Translations under genes and position numbers: made by a program
Assembly (NCBI GenBank): GCA_002633005.1
Contig: NMRA01000043.1
Span: 1,134,689-1,198,688, forward strand
Source of the DNA: Phoronis australis
Taxonomy: Eukaryota > Animalia > Phoronida
Direction of reading: 5' to 3'
DNA: 64,000 nt
In this document: positions 12,991 to 25,670 of the stretch, piece after piece
Layout of the letters: each line of letters opens with the position of its first letter
How positions within the stretch are numbered: the first letter of the stretch is position 1
The notes under the pieces: model-generated
What the model saw: only the letters and a program-made list of their open reading frames with translations
Told to the model about the DNA's origin: nothing
Database searches by the model: none

Positions 12991-13615
12991 NNNNNNNNNN
13001 NNNNNNNNNNNNNNNNNNNNNNNNNNNNNNNNNNNNNNNNNNNNNNNNNNNNNNNNNNNNNNNNNNNNNNNNNNNNNNNNNNNNNNNNNNNNNNNNNNNN
13101 NNNNNNNNNNNNNNNNNNNNNNNNNNNNNNNNNNNNNNNNNNNNNNNNNNNNNNNNNNNNNNNNNNNNNNNNNNNNNNNNNNNNNNNNNNNNNNNNNNNN
13201 NNNNNNNNNNNNNNNNNNNNNNNNNNNNNNNNNNNNNNNNNNNNNNNNNNNNNNNNNNNNNNNNNNNNNNNNNNNNNNNNNNNNNNNNNNNNNNNNNNNN
13301 NNNNNNNNNNNNNNNNNNNNNNNNNNNNNNNNNNNNNNNNNNNNNNNNNNNNNNNNNNNNNNNNNNNNNNNNNNNNNNNNNNNNNNNNNNNNNNNNNNNN
13401 NNNNNNNNNNNNNNNNNNNNNNNNNNNNNNNNNNNNNNNNNNNNNNNNNNNNNNNNNNNNNNNNNNNNNNNNNNNNNNNNNNNNNNNNNNNNNNNNNNNN
13501 NNNNNNNNNNNNNNNNNNNNNNNNNNNNNNNNNNNNNNNNNNNNNNNNNNNNNNNNNNNNNNNNNNNNNNNNNNNNNNNNNNNNNNNNNNNNNNNNNNNN
13601 NNNNNNNNNNNNNNN
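12991..13615. other. Assembly gap
   Basis: Run of N. Confidence 1.
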
Positions 13616-13907
13616 CAATTCTGGCTTGTTTGAGGGCTACCTAAAATCGCAGCCAATTTCTCAGTCGCTACCCAGCAATGCACAATTGCAACCGGGGGCC
13701 GCCATCTTGAAGAAGAGTGCAGCTACAGCCGAGAAAGTGGCCTTTTTATTCTCACCATGTTCACAAATGCAAACAAACCACATTCACTGAGCCTACATGC
13801 AATGCCCACCTACAAAATGCCCCCAAACTTGGCCTACCCCAAAATTTTAATATTTTGGCAGTGGAAATTGGCCGCGGCCGCAGCCTAACTATTCAGTGCC
13901 ACCTTAA

Positions 13908-16900
13908 GAATGATTCCATATAAAAACCATATGAAAATGAAAAATCACTATATACTCAAAAATTCATACAGAGCTAATACTTTGTGCATGTGTTGGGATG
14001 CTGGCCCAAAGTACACAGCTGCAATATTTGCACTCAATGACCTTTGATTACCGAGATACGACCTATTTGGCTACAAAGGCATATTTTGCATTTTTTCATA
14101 TCAGTAAATCTGCATTTTTTGAACGGCAAAAATCAGACTTGGAAAACTGGTGACAAAGTTTGACATTAATGGTCATAAAGACTCATGTAAGGTTAGTAAG
14201 AAAATGAAATTGGCAACTCATAGGTACAATTAAATTTCCAGCAGGGGAGAAAACTCCGAGACCACTTTTCAAGCCAGTCACCAGTGGCAAGATGTTGCTT
14301 AACCTGCCTGCTATATCGGAATGTATTTGAAGTTGAAATTCTCTGTGTAGACACTTCTAAGAGTGAACTTTGGTAATTGCTTTTGAAAAAACTTGTATCT
14401 TATATATTAGGTGCTAAGCGTGGCCCTCAAATTTGGGCATTTTTGTGATGTGGCCTTAATCTGACTGACAAAAGAATTGAGGCTACTCTTTTAGTTTAGA
14501 GATATCACCTAAAATATATGATCTAATACCAACAATGCAATATCACAAAAATTTAAATTTCACTTTTGAGACCCCAATTTTCTAAAACACTTTTGTTCAA
14601 CTTTACCAATAGCACTTGAGGGTTCGAGATTACATGCACTTCCTGTCACTAAAAAGAATATGGAGGAATTTCCTTCTTGTACATTTGGTTAATTTTCGTT
14701 ACATAAATGTAATCGCGGAGGAAATGTGGCCTTCATTAGCTGTGTTAAAGACGTCAGAAGTCATCTGAAGTAGTGCAAAGTGCCACAGAAGTTTGAAAGC
14801 ATATCGGAATTACAGCTGACATCGACATGAGTTTGGACTTGACTTTAGACAAAAATTGACGTGCTGTTATCCAGAACACACAGCATATTTTCAGAGGGAT
14901 AAACCAGGAACAAGCAAAACAGGATCTGATGTCATCTCTCACCCCACACCCGGGCCATGTTTGGTTGTAATGGATTTTGCAATGAAGTTCATACCCATCA
15001 GTTTCCGTGAAGCACAGTCCGACTGGTTTGGAAAAAAGGATCTCATGGCACGTGGCGGCGAAAGGTGAAAGCCACCAGGTAAAAATAAATCCTCAATAAG
15101 TATTCAAGGTGTTACAAAGTAATTCTCAGATGTGCTCAATATCAAACAGAAAGCTAGTGATGAACAATGTTGTTGCCTTTACCTCTTTTTAGTATGTTGA
15201 TTTACTGTAACAGTACAAGATACGGGGAGTGTGCACTTAATATCTAGTCTTTTTCTTGCCATTTCCCTACAAAAGCTTGACAGTGATGCATTCTTTGTCT
15301 CTAAGTAGATTTTGCACACAAACCTTCATTTTAACTGAAGCCATTTTGTACTTATGGATGATTTTCATATCTTTGTGAAGGGGAAATTTCCCCCTCCCTA
15401 GAAATGTTTTGATGGAGCTACTGATATAATAACGTGTTGAGACGAACCATGTTTGACGTTGAGTGGTGTGATTGCGGTTTAGGTGGTAATAAGACGTAAT
15501 AAGGTAGTTCTTTAAACTAGCTGACCTATTTGAGTTACATAATTGTTGTATTTCAGGTACATACTTATATCCATACTCTAGATGCCTGCAAGCAAGGCTT
15601 TTTCACTGTTTGCTGTTTAACGCTAGATGTGCTAAGGCAGATGAAACCTAGGGATCCACAAATTACGGAAGCTACGACAATGCCAATTGTTACCATTCAG
15701 CCGCCCTTCTGATTCATTTGTTCTACATGTCTGGTAACACCGGCATCTCCATTCTGCGCTACGACTGTAGGAAATTATAAACATGTTTTAGTTGTTGTCT
15801 ATTCTTATGATATTGTTGTGGTCATCATTATCGTAGCTAGGGGACTGGGGTCCACCCTGGGCGAAATTGGGAAACATGGAAGATGAAGCATATTCGGGGC
15901 TTCCATGGGGGAGAGATTTGAGTGGTGGCCGTTTGGGGAAAATAATCCAAGCCCCTGATGGTTAACATTGAAATCTTCTGTCACTTTTTACTAGCGTTTT
16001 TTGTTTTATGTTCAGTTTGGGACTCGTAAAGCATACTTTTTACATGATTGATTCTATTGAAATTACTGAGATTTTTATAGGAGTGATTATCTAGTTTTGA
16101 GAAACGTCTATCTTAGACATGTGTACTGAGCAAAATAAAAGGACTTTGTGTTTCAGTAGCTCTTGTTTTCTTCAAACAAAATGCAGTTTTTGGAAGTGTT
16201 GTGTAGAAATGCATCATACACTAAAACTAGCATACCTTCAAGAAACTGTGGTTTTGAGTCCGCCGCATGAACGGAATTTACATGTTGTGAAACTCTTAGC
16301 TGGTAAGTCGCAACAACACCCAATTGTTTAAATACTGGTTTGGAAAGCCGGTATCTTGGATATCACTGAAAGTATTATGTTTTCAATCGTAAATATTCGT
16401 ACTTGTTATTTTTCTGTAATTGCAGATTCCATTGGCGCACTGCCACCATGCTCGGCCTTTTGTGTAGTACAAGAAGCATTGGGTGACACTTTGTATGTCC
16501 AATAACACGACACTTCTGCTCGTATCCACCGTCCTCTTTTCACTTGTGATCTCGAAGATCTTTATTAGTTTTAGTATGAACTTTGCTAATAGTCTGAGAG
16601 GAGTTTTTCAAGCGCATATACAGGGATTTGTTCAGGAGGTCTGAAAATGGACCAGCATGCACTGCAGGCAGTGCGTGGGATTCTTAGTCAATTACGGTGT
16701 TTGAAAATTGACCAAGCAATGGGTAATGGGCACCCTTAATAAGAATAAAACCTGCTTCTCTGAAGTATGAGATGCTGATGGGTTTGTATTATTAACTCAT
16801 AAGTACATTAAATTTGACTTTTTTGGTTTCTGTAATCCTATAACAAATTTTTATTTTTGCACCAGCAAAAATGAAAATCCGAGCTTCCCATGATCTCCTT

Positions 16901-17575
16901 CGTCACTGATGTAGCAAAACGAAGGATATTTGTTCTATTTGGCATCTTGGTCGACAGATAATTGCACAATCGAGTAGCGCCTCCTAGAGTCTTTTAATCA
17001 AACTGACAGTCACAGATTGGCAGAAAAGTGTGTAAGTGAGTTATGTAAAAAACTGACTGCACAAAAACTATGAAAAAGACAAGATTTTTTATTCTTGCGT
17101 TGGGCTGAACAAAGACGGCAGTACCAGATGGAAGTGAAATCATGTTCCAAAAGAATCCGATATAGATTTGGGAGAGTGATAAAAATGCGTAAAAATGGCC
17201 TTAATAATAAGTAGTGAAAATGATATTTCTGTTGGCGAAAATGGGAGGACATAAAAATCAATAAATCCATCCGAACTAGTCTTTCTTGTATGTTATTCTT
17301 TCTCCTTTCTGCTATATAGTTATTTTTCAATAGCGTGAAGCGATGATGTGCTGTTGCTGAGAAAATTTCACCTACTTCCAAGTACTATTATTTGCTATTT
17401 TTCAGAAAAAGTACAAAGTGGTCGTAAAAAGGGTTAAAAAAACCCGGAAACTCTTAAAAATTCAGGCTCAGGTTTCTTTTGACAAGGCCAGCTGATGTGT
17501 TAAGTTTCAAAAAAAATTGGTGATTTTGCATATACATTGTATAGCCCACCATCTGGTTTTTATATGGAATTGCTC
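13908..17575 (+). mobile_element. Sola3-like DNA transposon, internally decayed, intron-containing transposase
   Basis: TTAA at 13904-13907 and 17576-17579; termini GAATGATTCCATATAAAAACCA / TGGTTTTTATATGGAATTGCTC; fragments LVVMDFAMKFIPISFREAQSDWFGKK/ISWHV (~14960-15055) and DNANCYHSAALL...ISILRYD (~15675-15765). Confidence 0.75.
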
Positions 17576-17934
17576 TTAACACCTGAGCTGTTTAGAGATT
17601 TTCTACAGTTTGAAATCATAGTGTGTGACAGAATTTAGTGAAGGATTTTGACAGTGAACTTCAGATTTCTGTTAACTTTCATATTTGTTTACTTTGGATT
17701 GCGTGCTAATGTCTGTAAGAGTAAAAAGTTATTCCACATATGTTCTCAGCTTCTGATCGTCTACAAATCCAATACAAATTACAAAAAACTACAGGATATG
17801 ACACAGGGGACACTTCAGCTGACTATATCAAAGACAAAATAAATGTACGCAAAACGGGTCCAGCAAACCACGAGTAATTGTTATATCTTCTGATAGCATT
17901 TTCTTAGGCAAAACGAAGCCTAGGCAATTACTGA

Positions 17935-18160
17935 ACATCGCCTTGGATGCCGCAGGCATACAAGGGCGATAGTACATCCCCACAAAAAGTTACGAATTTC
18001 AAAATACGGCAAGTAAAATCAAATGAAGCATGCATACATGCACATGGACTTATAATTAACACATACCAGCATAAGTTTGGAGACGATTCAGTCAAGATAA
18101 TTTGAACAAATCGATGAAAATCTGTTGCGGTTTGCTCGAGTTTTTCTTTCCGGGTGCCAT
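17935..18160 (-). repeat. Dispersed repeat with an ATG exon; inverted copy at 22576-22803
   Basis: ~230-bp inverted match; MAPGKKNSSKPQQIFIDLFKLS*LNRLQTYA then GTATGT. Confidence 0.75.
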
Positions 18161-18329
18161 CATAGACTATAGTACAAGGACCGCCAACTCCGTATACTTT
18201 CAATGGACGAAATCTGTGGTGTTTCGCACAAGCCGTTATGTCATTATTCACTAGCGTCACCTGTCCAAATTATCTGGTGTAATTTCCGGCAAGTACGTCG
18301 TCTGCTAATCATGGTCGGTCGCTGTTGAA

Positions 18330-19400
18330 TTCTCAATATGAATCAAAAAAGTAGGGATCTTTTCATGCAGTGCGCCTAATTTAAGGACCAAGTCCCTAAA
18401 GGTTTTGACTTAATTAAGCGCCCAGTTTTTAGTTATATTATTATAAAACGTCATAAATCAAAAGAGGAGCTCATAATAAAGATACAATGATAGAAAAATA
18501 TAAAAACTGTGAGCAAAGAACAAAAAATGCCTAAAAGATTTACCAACTCAGTTGAGTACAAGCGGATCCAGGGTGGGGGAGGGGGTCAAAGGAATCTGGA
18601 TCCCCATTTTCCTTGATTGTAGTGATATTATCAATGCTAGAATTTCCAAATTGTTGACTTGGGCCACTTTTCTTAAAAAATCATTATCCGACCCCCCCCC
18701 TTTAAAAAATCTTGGATATGACCCTGTTGGGTCGATATTTGGGACAGTTTCATGTAAATGGGCACAGACACAACTGCTTGAATCTAGAACTCTTAAGATG
18801 TGAAGTTTCGAAAGAAAGATCTACTAATTTTTCCATTTTATTGTAAAACAAAGTTTGTGTGTTGAAAGCTTACATAATTAATTGTTAATTGATATTAACA
18901 CCTCGGAATATTGGGGCAAAGAAGCTATCTCTGCCCTCAACCTTTCAATTGGTTTAGGGGCACCGCCTGCTCCTATCTCTTCTTCAGCAGATCCATTTGA
19001 TATTTATTACATTCCTGACCCCCCTGGACAAAATCCCACAGGTTCGGTACCTGCCCATTCTTCAATAACCTACTATCATCGGCTCAGCTCTTATTACTGA
19101 GTCTCCCTCTTGCTTATGATGTATTTCTCGTAATTTATTTTACCTTTGCTGCCCATTTTTTCTTGGTTTACTCTATATTTTGCCTATGTGTAGTTTACCA
19201 TTACAGTGCTCCTGTTTTCTGTTTTCATTATTTTAAACAAAGACACTTCACTGACAATTTTGAATGTGACAAACTAAGATCGGCCATAGTCAATGCCTTG
19301 CGTACTTCGTCGGCCCACACACACCCGCTAGGTGTCGCCACTATCAATGACACAATAATGGCGGCGGCCTCGGTAAATAGTCTTGTTAGCGTCTTTGGTG
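18330..19400 (+). repeat. ~1.1-kb dispersed repeat, second copy at ~51635-52793
   Basis: Colinear match from TTGAATTCTCAATATGA to TTAGCGTCTTTGGT. Confidence 0.85.
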
Positions 19401-21098
19401 TTCGGCCACACTGGCGAAATGCAAAGGCGTTAGCTTCCATAGAGTACGGAGACCCCATAATCGGCTGCGGGAGAAAAACCTTATAATTTGTACAAACGTC
19501 AATGAAATTTTGATGATGGATGTTTTTAACTTCTGGTAGGCCTACTAGTACTACCACTACTGACTTATTCTGTCTCACATATCCATTGTTCTTTACTCCT
19601 TTATGATGAACATTACCTGGTTATTTTTTGGCGAAAATTGTCCGCTAAAGTCTTTCAAAAGATAGTGATTCACGAACTCCTGCCTTTACGAGGAACTTCA
19701 GCCATAGTCGAGTGTATGAATTAACCAAATTGGTCATCTTCGCTAGCACTAATCAGGCGGTTACTATCTCAGCACAATGCGCAGATTTCGTCGGGATTTG
19801 GATCACCGATTTAGCCAATTTATAAATCCGTGTAAAATTAAATTGAATGCTGCTGGTAAAACCTTTAACATAAATAAAGATCACATTAGTACTCCAGAAA
19901 TAACCAACTGGCCTTCTCAAAATGTATCTCGCAATTCAACAGCAGGTTACACACCCATTTCATGTCGAATGTATGCCGCACAAAATCTCTAGACCATCTT
20001 AGCCAAGTACATTGCAGTCTATGAAAATACAACCAACTAACTCGAGTTTCAACATCCTTTCAAACAAAAAACAGGACCACCACAGGGGTGTGAAGGTTGT
20101 TTTTATTCTTCAATGTTAAATTTTTGTAAGCGGACAAATGATTTTTAAATTTCCGCCTTATGTCTTAACATTTCCAAAATTAAGCCTTTCAAACAAACGT
20201 TTATAACAAAACAACCGGTTTTGTAAAGTCCTATACCACCTTTAGGGTACACAATGAACCAATTCTACTCGTAATGTAACAGAAGGATCCCTTGCGTAAA
20301 GGATACTAAGAATTGTCCTGAAATATTATGTGAAATACCAAATCAGTCCAGTTTTACTTTTCATGAACTTCAGTTGCACTGCACGCAATTTTTTATGAAT
20401 TTACCGTAGTTGGCAACGCAGACAAACGTCACCCTATGCAGATCCAGTTTCATCAGGTATACATGTAAATAACGTCACAACCACGGAAGTTCACCGAAAC
20501 ACTTCTACGTTTCAGATGTGACATTCCCTAGCCTCGGAAAACTTGACAACCCGACAAAAATACTAATGATGAAATACCGGTGATGATAATCATCCACTTT
20601 GTTACTTTACTTCACCTACACAATTGGAAATTGCCGCTAAAATGAAACTCATTCGAGTAATCACCACGTGAGTCCCTAGGCCAGCCCCGATAATTATGGT
20701 AGAACCCAAGAAGCCCAAGTTGCGGTCAAATCAGGATGGGCATAAATAAGGAGACTAGCCAAATAAAAAATAAGATACATAGCATTGCTACAGTGCACAC
20801 GTGCTTGAACCAATCAGATCACCAATGACGCAAACCTTTCGAAAACACGCTTGATTTTTAGGGAGTCTGTTACCTGCTCTTTATATTTTCAAAACTTTAA
20901 TGTGTTGCGTTTAATTCATTTTCTGTTCAACTTAATGAGGCTACTTAATATAAATGTATTAATCGTGTTAAATGTAAAAACCACAAGTCATACTGTATCA
21001 ACATTGGACATAATCAGTACACCCCTTTCTTAAAAAATGGGTTAAAATTGAGAAAAAAAGGACACAATTTTCCATCACTTGCAACGTCGATTTTTGAC

Positions 21099-21407
21099 AT
21101 GGATGTTGGGGAAGAATATCGGTATGGCGACAGCAACACAGAATCGTACGAAGGCGATGATTTTCGAAATTCGATTCGTTTTGTTGTATGTCTTTTTCCC
21201 TACGGTTCAGGATTACTTGTGGATCCACGAACAAGAACTGAACGAGGCAGGGTTCGTGATAACGTTGGTGAACGGTAACAAAGGTGTTACAACTGTCATC
21301 GATATTGTCATCTCCTCTGTTTTCATCCAGCCTTCCCTGATGAAAACTTGAATGAAGAGTACCTTCGGTACTTGAGTGAGCACGGTATACTTAGTGATGT
21401 ATGTTGA
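21099..21407 (+). pseudogene. Single-stop ORF with a PHD-like Cys/His cluster
   Basis: MDVGEEY...GER*QRCYNCHRYCHLLCFHPAFPDENLNEEYLRYLSEHGILSDVC*; the stop falls where PHD fingers have W before CxxC. Confidence 0.4.
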
Positions 21408-22007
21408 ATTATTCATCGGTTCTTTTAAGAACCATTTCACGCTATACCTAAGGCTCATGCACAGTACACCTAACGGCCCTTTTAAGGGCCCTCAACACTT
21501 CCCACAAGAACTGATCAGTTGAGAATGTTGAATTATAAACATGGAACGGTTAAACTAGTCAAATCGTTGCAGAGGCTCGTTTTTTAATTCGAACAAAATT
21601 AATATTTTTCTAAAAAAACACGTTATATAAGTATCTTTTGCATTCACAGGTACTCCTTGGAATTTGTGCACAAACATGCTTTCGTACTTTTCTCAGTAGG
21701 CCTATGTGAACCATAAATCACAAACTGTCCGATAGCTATGCTGCTATTGGGCCAGCAGACATAATCAGTCGACACCGAAGTTTGAATTTTGTAATTAATT
21801 ACCAGTAGCATTGCCAAAAGTACTCACGATACCTACACTTCTACTATTGGAAGACTTTGAACAGCGTTGTGCTGTCCAGTAGGTGCGAGAATTTCCCGTC
21901 AAAATACACTAACCGTAAAGGCATCAAATAATTTAGGAGAGTGGCGACGTCTCTAGGCTAGCACGTAAGTAAATGTCGGAGTTGCGAATCTGTTGTCTAT
22001 AATGTAT

Positions 22008-22583
22008 GGTGCCATTTTGTGGAAGTTACGTGAAATCACGCATGTTGACGAATAAAAAGTCCAAGGGACACAAATCTTACAAATTTCTCCCGATACCTTC
22101 CCATACTATTGTGTAAGTGTCACGCGCCAGCCTCACGCGCTTCGCTCAGTCTCGCGCTAGTCTTTGCCTAACTCACGTGTCTCAGTTGAAATACTTTGTG
22201 GTTATCGCGCGAGTGGTGAAAAACTTAAAGGTGACCAAAAACGTGGAGTTGAAAATCTTCGCTAAAGTCACCTTAATCCTCCTAACTAAGCTTCATCGAA
22301 GATACATGTAGGTGTAGAAGGAGAAAGGACCACTGAAGAAAGTAAGCCTTCTTTAAGTCATACTATTACATGTAAGTGTGGAATGTATTTTGACAAGGTG
22401 AAAACTCTTAATCGGTGACTGGATTTGGCCTACCGCCCGTTTAAAATACACAGGACGAAATTCGTACAGAAAGCGATGGGAAGTATTATAGCCCCTAACC
22501 GGCAAGGCAAGGGTCTACGTGTTGCCTTGAACGTTTTGTTCGTCAACATGCGTGATTTCACGTAACTTCCTCAAAATGGCACC
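22008..22583. repeat. ~50-bp inverted repeats enclosing ~480 bp
   Basis: GGTGCCATTTTG.GGAAGTTACGTGAAATCACGCATGTTGACGAA (22008-22057) is the reverse complement of 22534-22583. Confidence 0.85.
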
Positions 22584-24339
22584 CGGTAAGAGAAACTCGA
22601 GCAAACCGCAACAGATTTTCATCGACTTGTTTAAATCATCTTCACTGAATCGTCTCCAGACTTATGGTATGTGTTAATTATAACCCCATGTGCATATATG
22701 CATGTTTCATTTGATTTTATTTGCTGTGCATGTATTTTTAAATTCGTAATTTTTTGTGGGGATGTATTATCGCCCCTGTATGCTTCCAGCATCGAGGGCG
22801 ATGCAATTGCTTAGCATTTACGGTGCCCTGCTCCAGCGAGTTCGCAACAAATTCGCGATCAAAGCACAAAAATCTTCCAAAAAACCGATGCGTACCGTCA
22901 ATGTACTGCATAAATTATATGGAAATTGCGGATTCGTTTCAGAAGGTCACGACATTAATAACTCCACTTTTATCCAGACCACTCTGAAACCTTCCGTGAT
23001 AAATCAGCAATTGCCGTCCATCCGTAAGTCATCGGATAATTCCGTATCCAATCGCGTGGGTCACATGAACAGTAGGCTTCTGTTTTTTTGGACAGAATTT
23101 TGTGCTTCGACCTTGAATTTTTTGCGCACTCGCTGTCCAGAGCAGGACACTGTAAATGCTATCAGAACAACAATCGCTCATGGTTTGCTGAACCCCTGTT
23201 TTGTGTAAATTTATTGGGTTTTGCGTTTGATATGGACGGCTGTAGTGAATTAGTGAAGCACCCATGAAATTTTTAGTAATGAGTGTCATACGTTGTGGTA
23301 TATATTTATAGTGTATTAGGTACGGTCAGAAGCTGAGGATCGTCCCAAATACACTATAATACTAAAAGGTCTGACATCGGCTTTTGGGAAGATTTTTGTG
23401 TAAAGTGAAGCACTCATACAATTCGTAGTTCCGAGCGTCATGCCTTACGGTTTTATAGTGTATTGAGGATGATCAGAAGTTGATAATGCCTGTGATTTAC
23501 AACACAGGCCGACGAATTTCCCGATGACCCATAAGTTAACCATATAAGAAACATAAAGGTTGGACACTAAAACTTTGCTAAGCCTAGGTTCCCAGTTTCA
23601 ACTGTTCTAAATCCAAGTAAAATCTGTGTGCACCGATGTAAATGATATAATGTCATTGTTACATTTTACGTTGTTAAGCCTCTTTTAAAATGTAACATTT
23701 TACGTAGTTGTTACATTTCACGTCGAACGCACATGCGAGAAATCTACCATTGTTACATTTTACAAAACCCACGCCATATTGCAAAGAAAATTACCAAAAT
23801 CACGAACAAGTGGTATCTGACACCACCAGGGGGTACTAGAGTATTTTTGTACGAGGGTGTCGCCCGAAAAAATTGAATACGTACCCGTTTAGAGAGTGGA
23901 TTCGGACAAAAAATTGACCCATTTAGAGACTAATTTGTGTAAAAATTCACATTTTCGCACACCTTTGTTTCAGAAATTCAGGAACGGTACATTTCAGCTA
24001 TATTTTGTCGAAAATAGCACCATTTTGGAGGGTGTTTTTCTGTTAAAAACACCCTGTTTGGCGGCGCTTTTCGTATACTGGTGTGCCGACCACACACCAT
24101 TAGAAGGTGTGCCAACCACGAACATTGAAGCTCCGAGTCTCAGAGATGACTCATTTAGACTCTACAGTCTATAGACCTATTTACTAGTATTTCTATATTT
24201 ATTTATACGTAATTATCATCTCTTCAGCAAGCAATATATGTTATACCAAATTATTGCGTTACTGCCTACACAACATATATCCTCCGGGCTGACATGACAT
24301 GAATGTGGCTACATATAATCATTTTTATTAGTATTACAT

Positions 24340-24830
24340 TACTATCACTTCTATTATTACTATTACTATTACTACTAATACTACTATTACTACTATTACT
24401 ACTGTTACTCGTTATCGTTTTCGTTATCGTTATTATTAATATAAATATTTTAAAATTTATTTAACGAGGATAAAATACCTGTTTAGCAAAGTGCTAATAC
24501 ATCATGGTCCTCAAAAATTTTTTTAAATCTTCTCATTTATGGTTCAACGTTTTCATCGGGCTTTCCATAGTGGACAGCGAGTGCTGTTCTAAAGGATTAT
24601 AAAGGTGTTCCCATGTTAAGCCTTAACAAAGTTGTAAGGAACGTCTTGACAGTTGTGGATGCAGAGTACGCCTACTTCTTGGAAATGAGGAGGCTGTGAT
24701 TTGAAATCTTTGTTTGGACGTGCACCAACTTCAAAAATTGATTATTTCTGACCTATCGGTAAACACTGTATTGTTTGTAAATATAACTATATCCATCTGT
24801 AGTTTGCCAAGAAGAACTGAATTCAGACCG
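24340..24830 (-). mobile_element. LINE 3' end with microsatellite tail
   Basis: Minus strand ends ...TTAAATAAA followed by a (TAA/TAG/TAACGA)-type microsatellite at 24340-24440. Confidence 0.45.
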
Positions 24831-25670
24831 CACTATTTTACTCGCGATTTTCATCTAAACGTGAGGATACCCACAGTGTAATCATTTTTGTCTCTTGTTG
24901 AAAACATTTATTGTCAAAGAACTGGGGGTTGCTCTGCGATGATGTGTAAGGTCAAGTTTGAGTTAAGTTTAACTCTGTAGGCAGACATTTTTCAAGAACT
25001 AACGATTAGTCGGCTGCGGTCTCTGGGTCAATAGAATAGCTGGCAATGGACATGCAAAACGCGCAATAATTTTATTTGGAACGGGCCCCAATATTCTTAG
25101 AACAGCACAGTTATTTAAAAGAGTGATTTGAACTAGGTTTCATTGAAAGTGGATTGTATGGAACAAAAACCGCTAACGCCGAAATCAGTGATGTTTAATA
25201 TGACCATTTTATGCAATGTATCAAATAGGTAAATATACCAAATTCGTTTAAGTGTGAGCTGCAACACAAAAAATGGCGCCTCATACGACACGTCACATCA
25301 CGTCCATTAACAATAGAATGTCCTATCTTTGTCTTCATTTATATGCACTTCGAACTAATGAATATTGACCAAATAGCAATTGTAATTCATATTTTATCTT
25401 AAAAGATAATAGACAGAGAAAGTGCATGTTTTTATAATCTGAAAGGCCGACAGTCAGCTTTTTGGACTATTTCCCCTTTAAACTAGCGACCTAGACCTGT
25501 CCAGGTTTGAGAAAAATAATCATGTCCTTTCAGAGTGCAAAATATTTTCTATTTCCCCAGCTAGGCATCCCATTTTATGCATACAACCCACGGTTTGACC
25601 TGTTGTTACCACCACTATTTCAGACAGGTTTGACATCATAGGGACAATGATATTTATTTCAGCTTTTAAG

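Noticed and set aside
12711-13790. Long ORFs of 221-359 aa (also 41904-42349)
   Set aside because: Artefacts of translating N-gaps
19358-19486. ATGGCGGCGGCC start (MAAASVNSLV...) as a gene
   Set aside because: End of a dispersed repeat; the two copies diverge right after and no recognisable product
19850-20100. LINE RT fragment (YTPIS...EFQHPFK)
   Set aside because: Too degraded to call confidently
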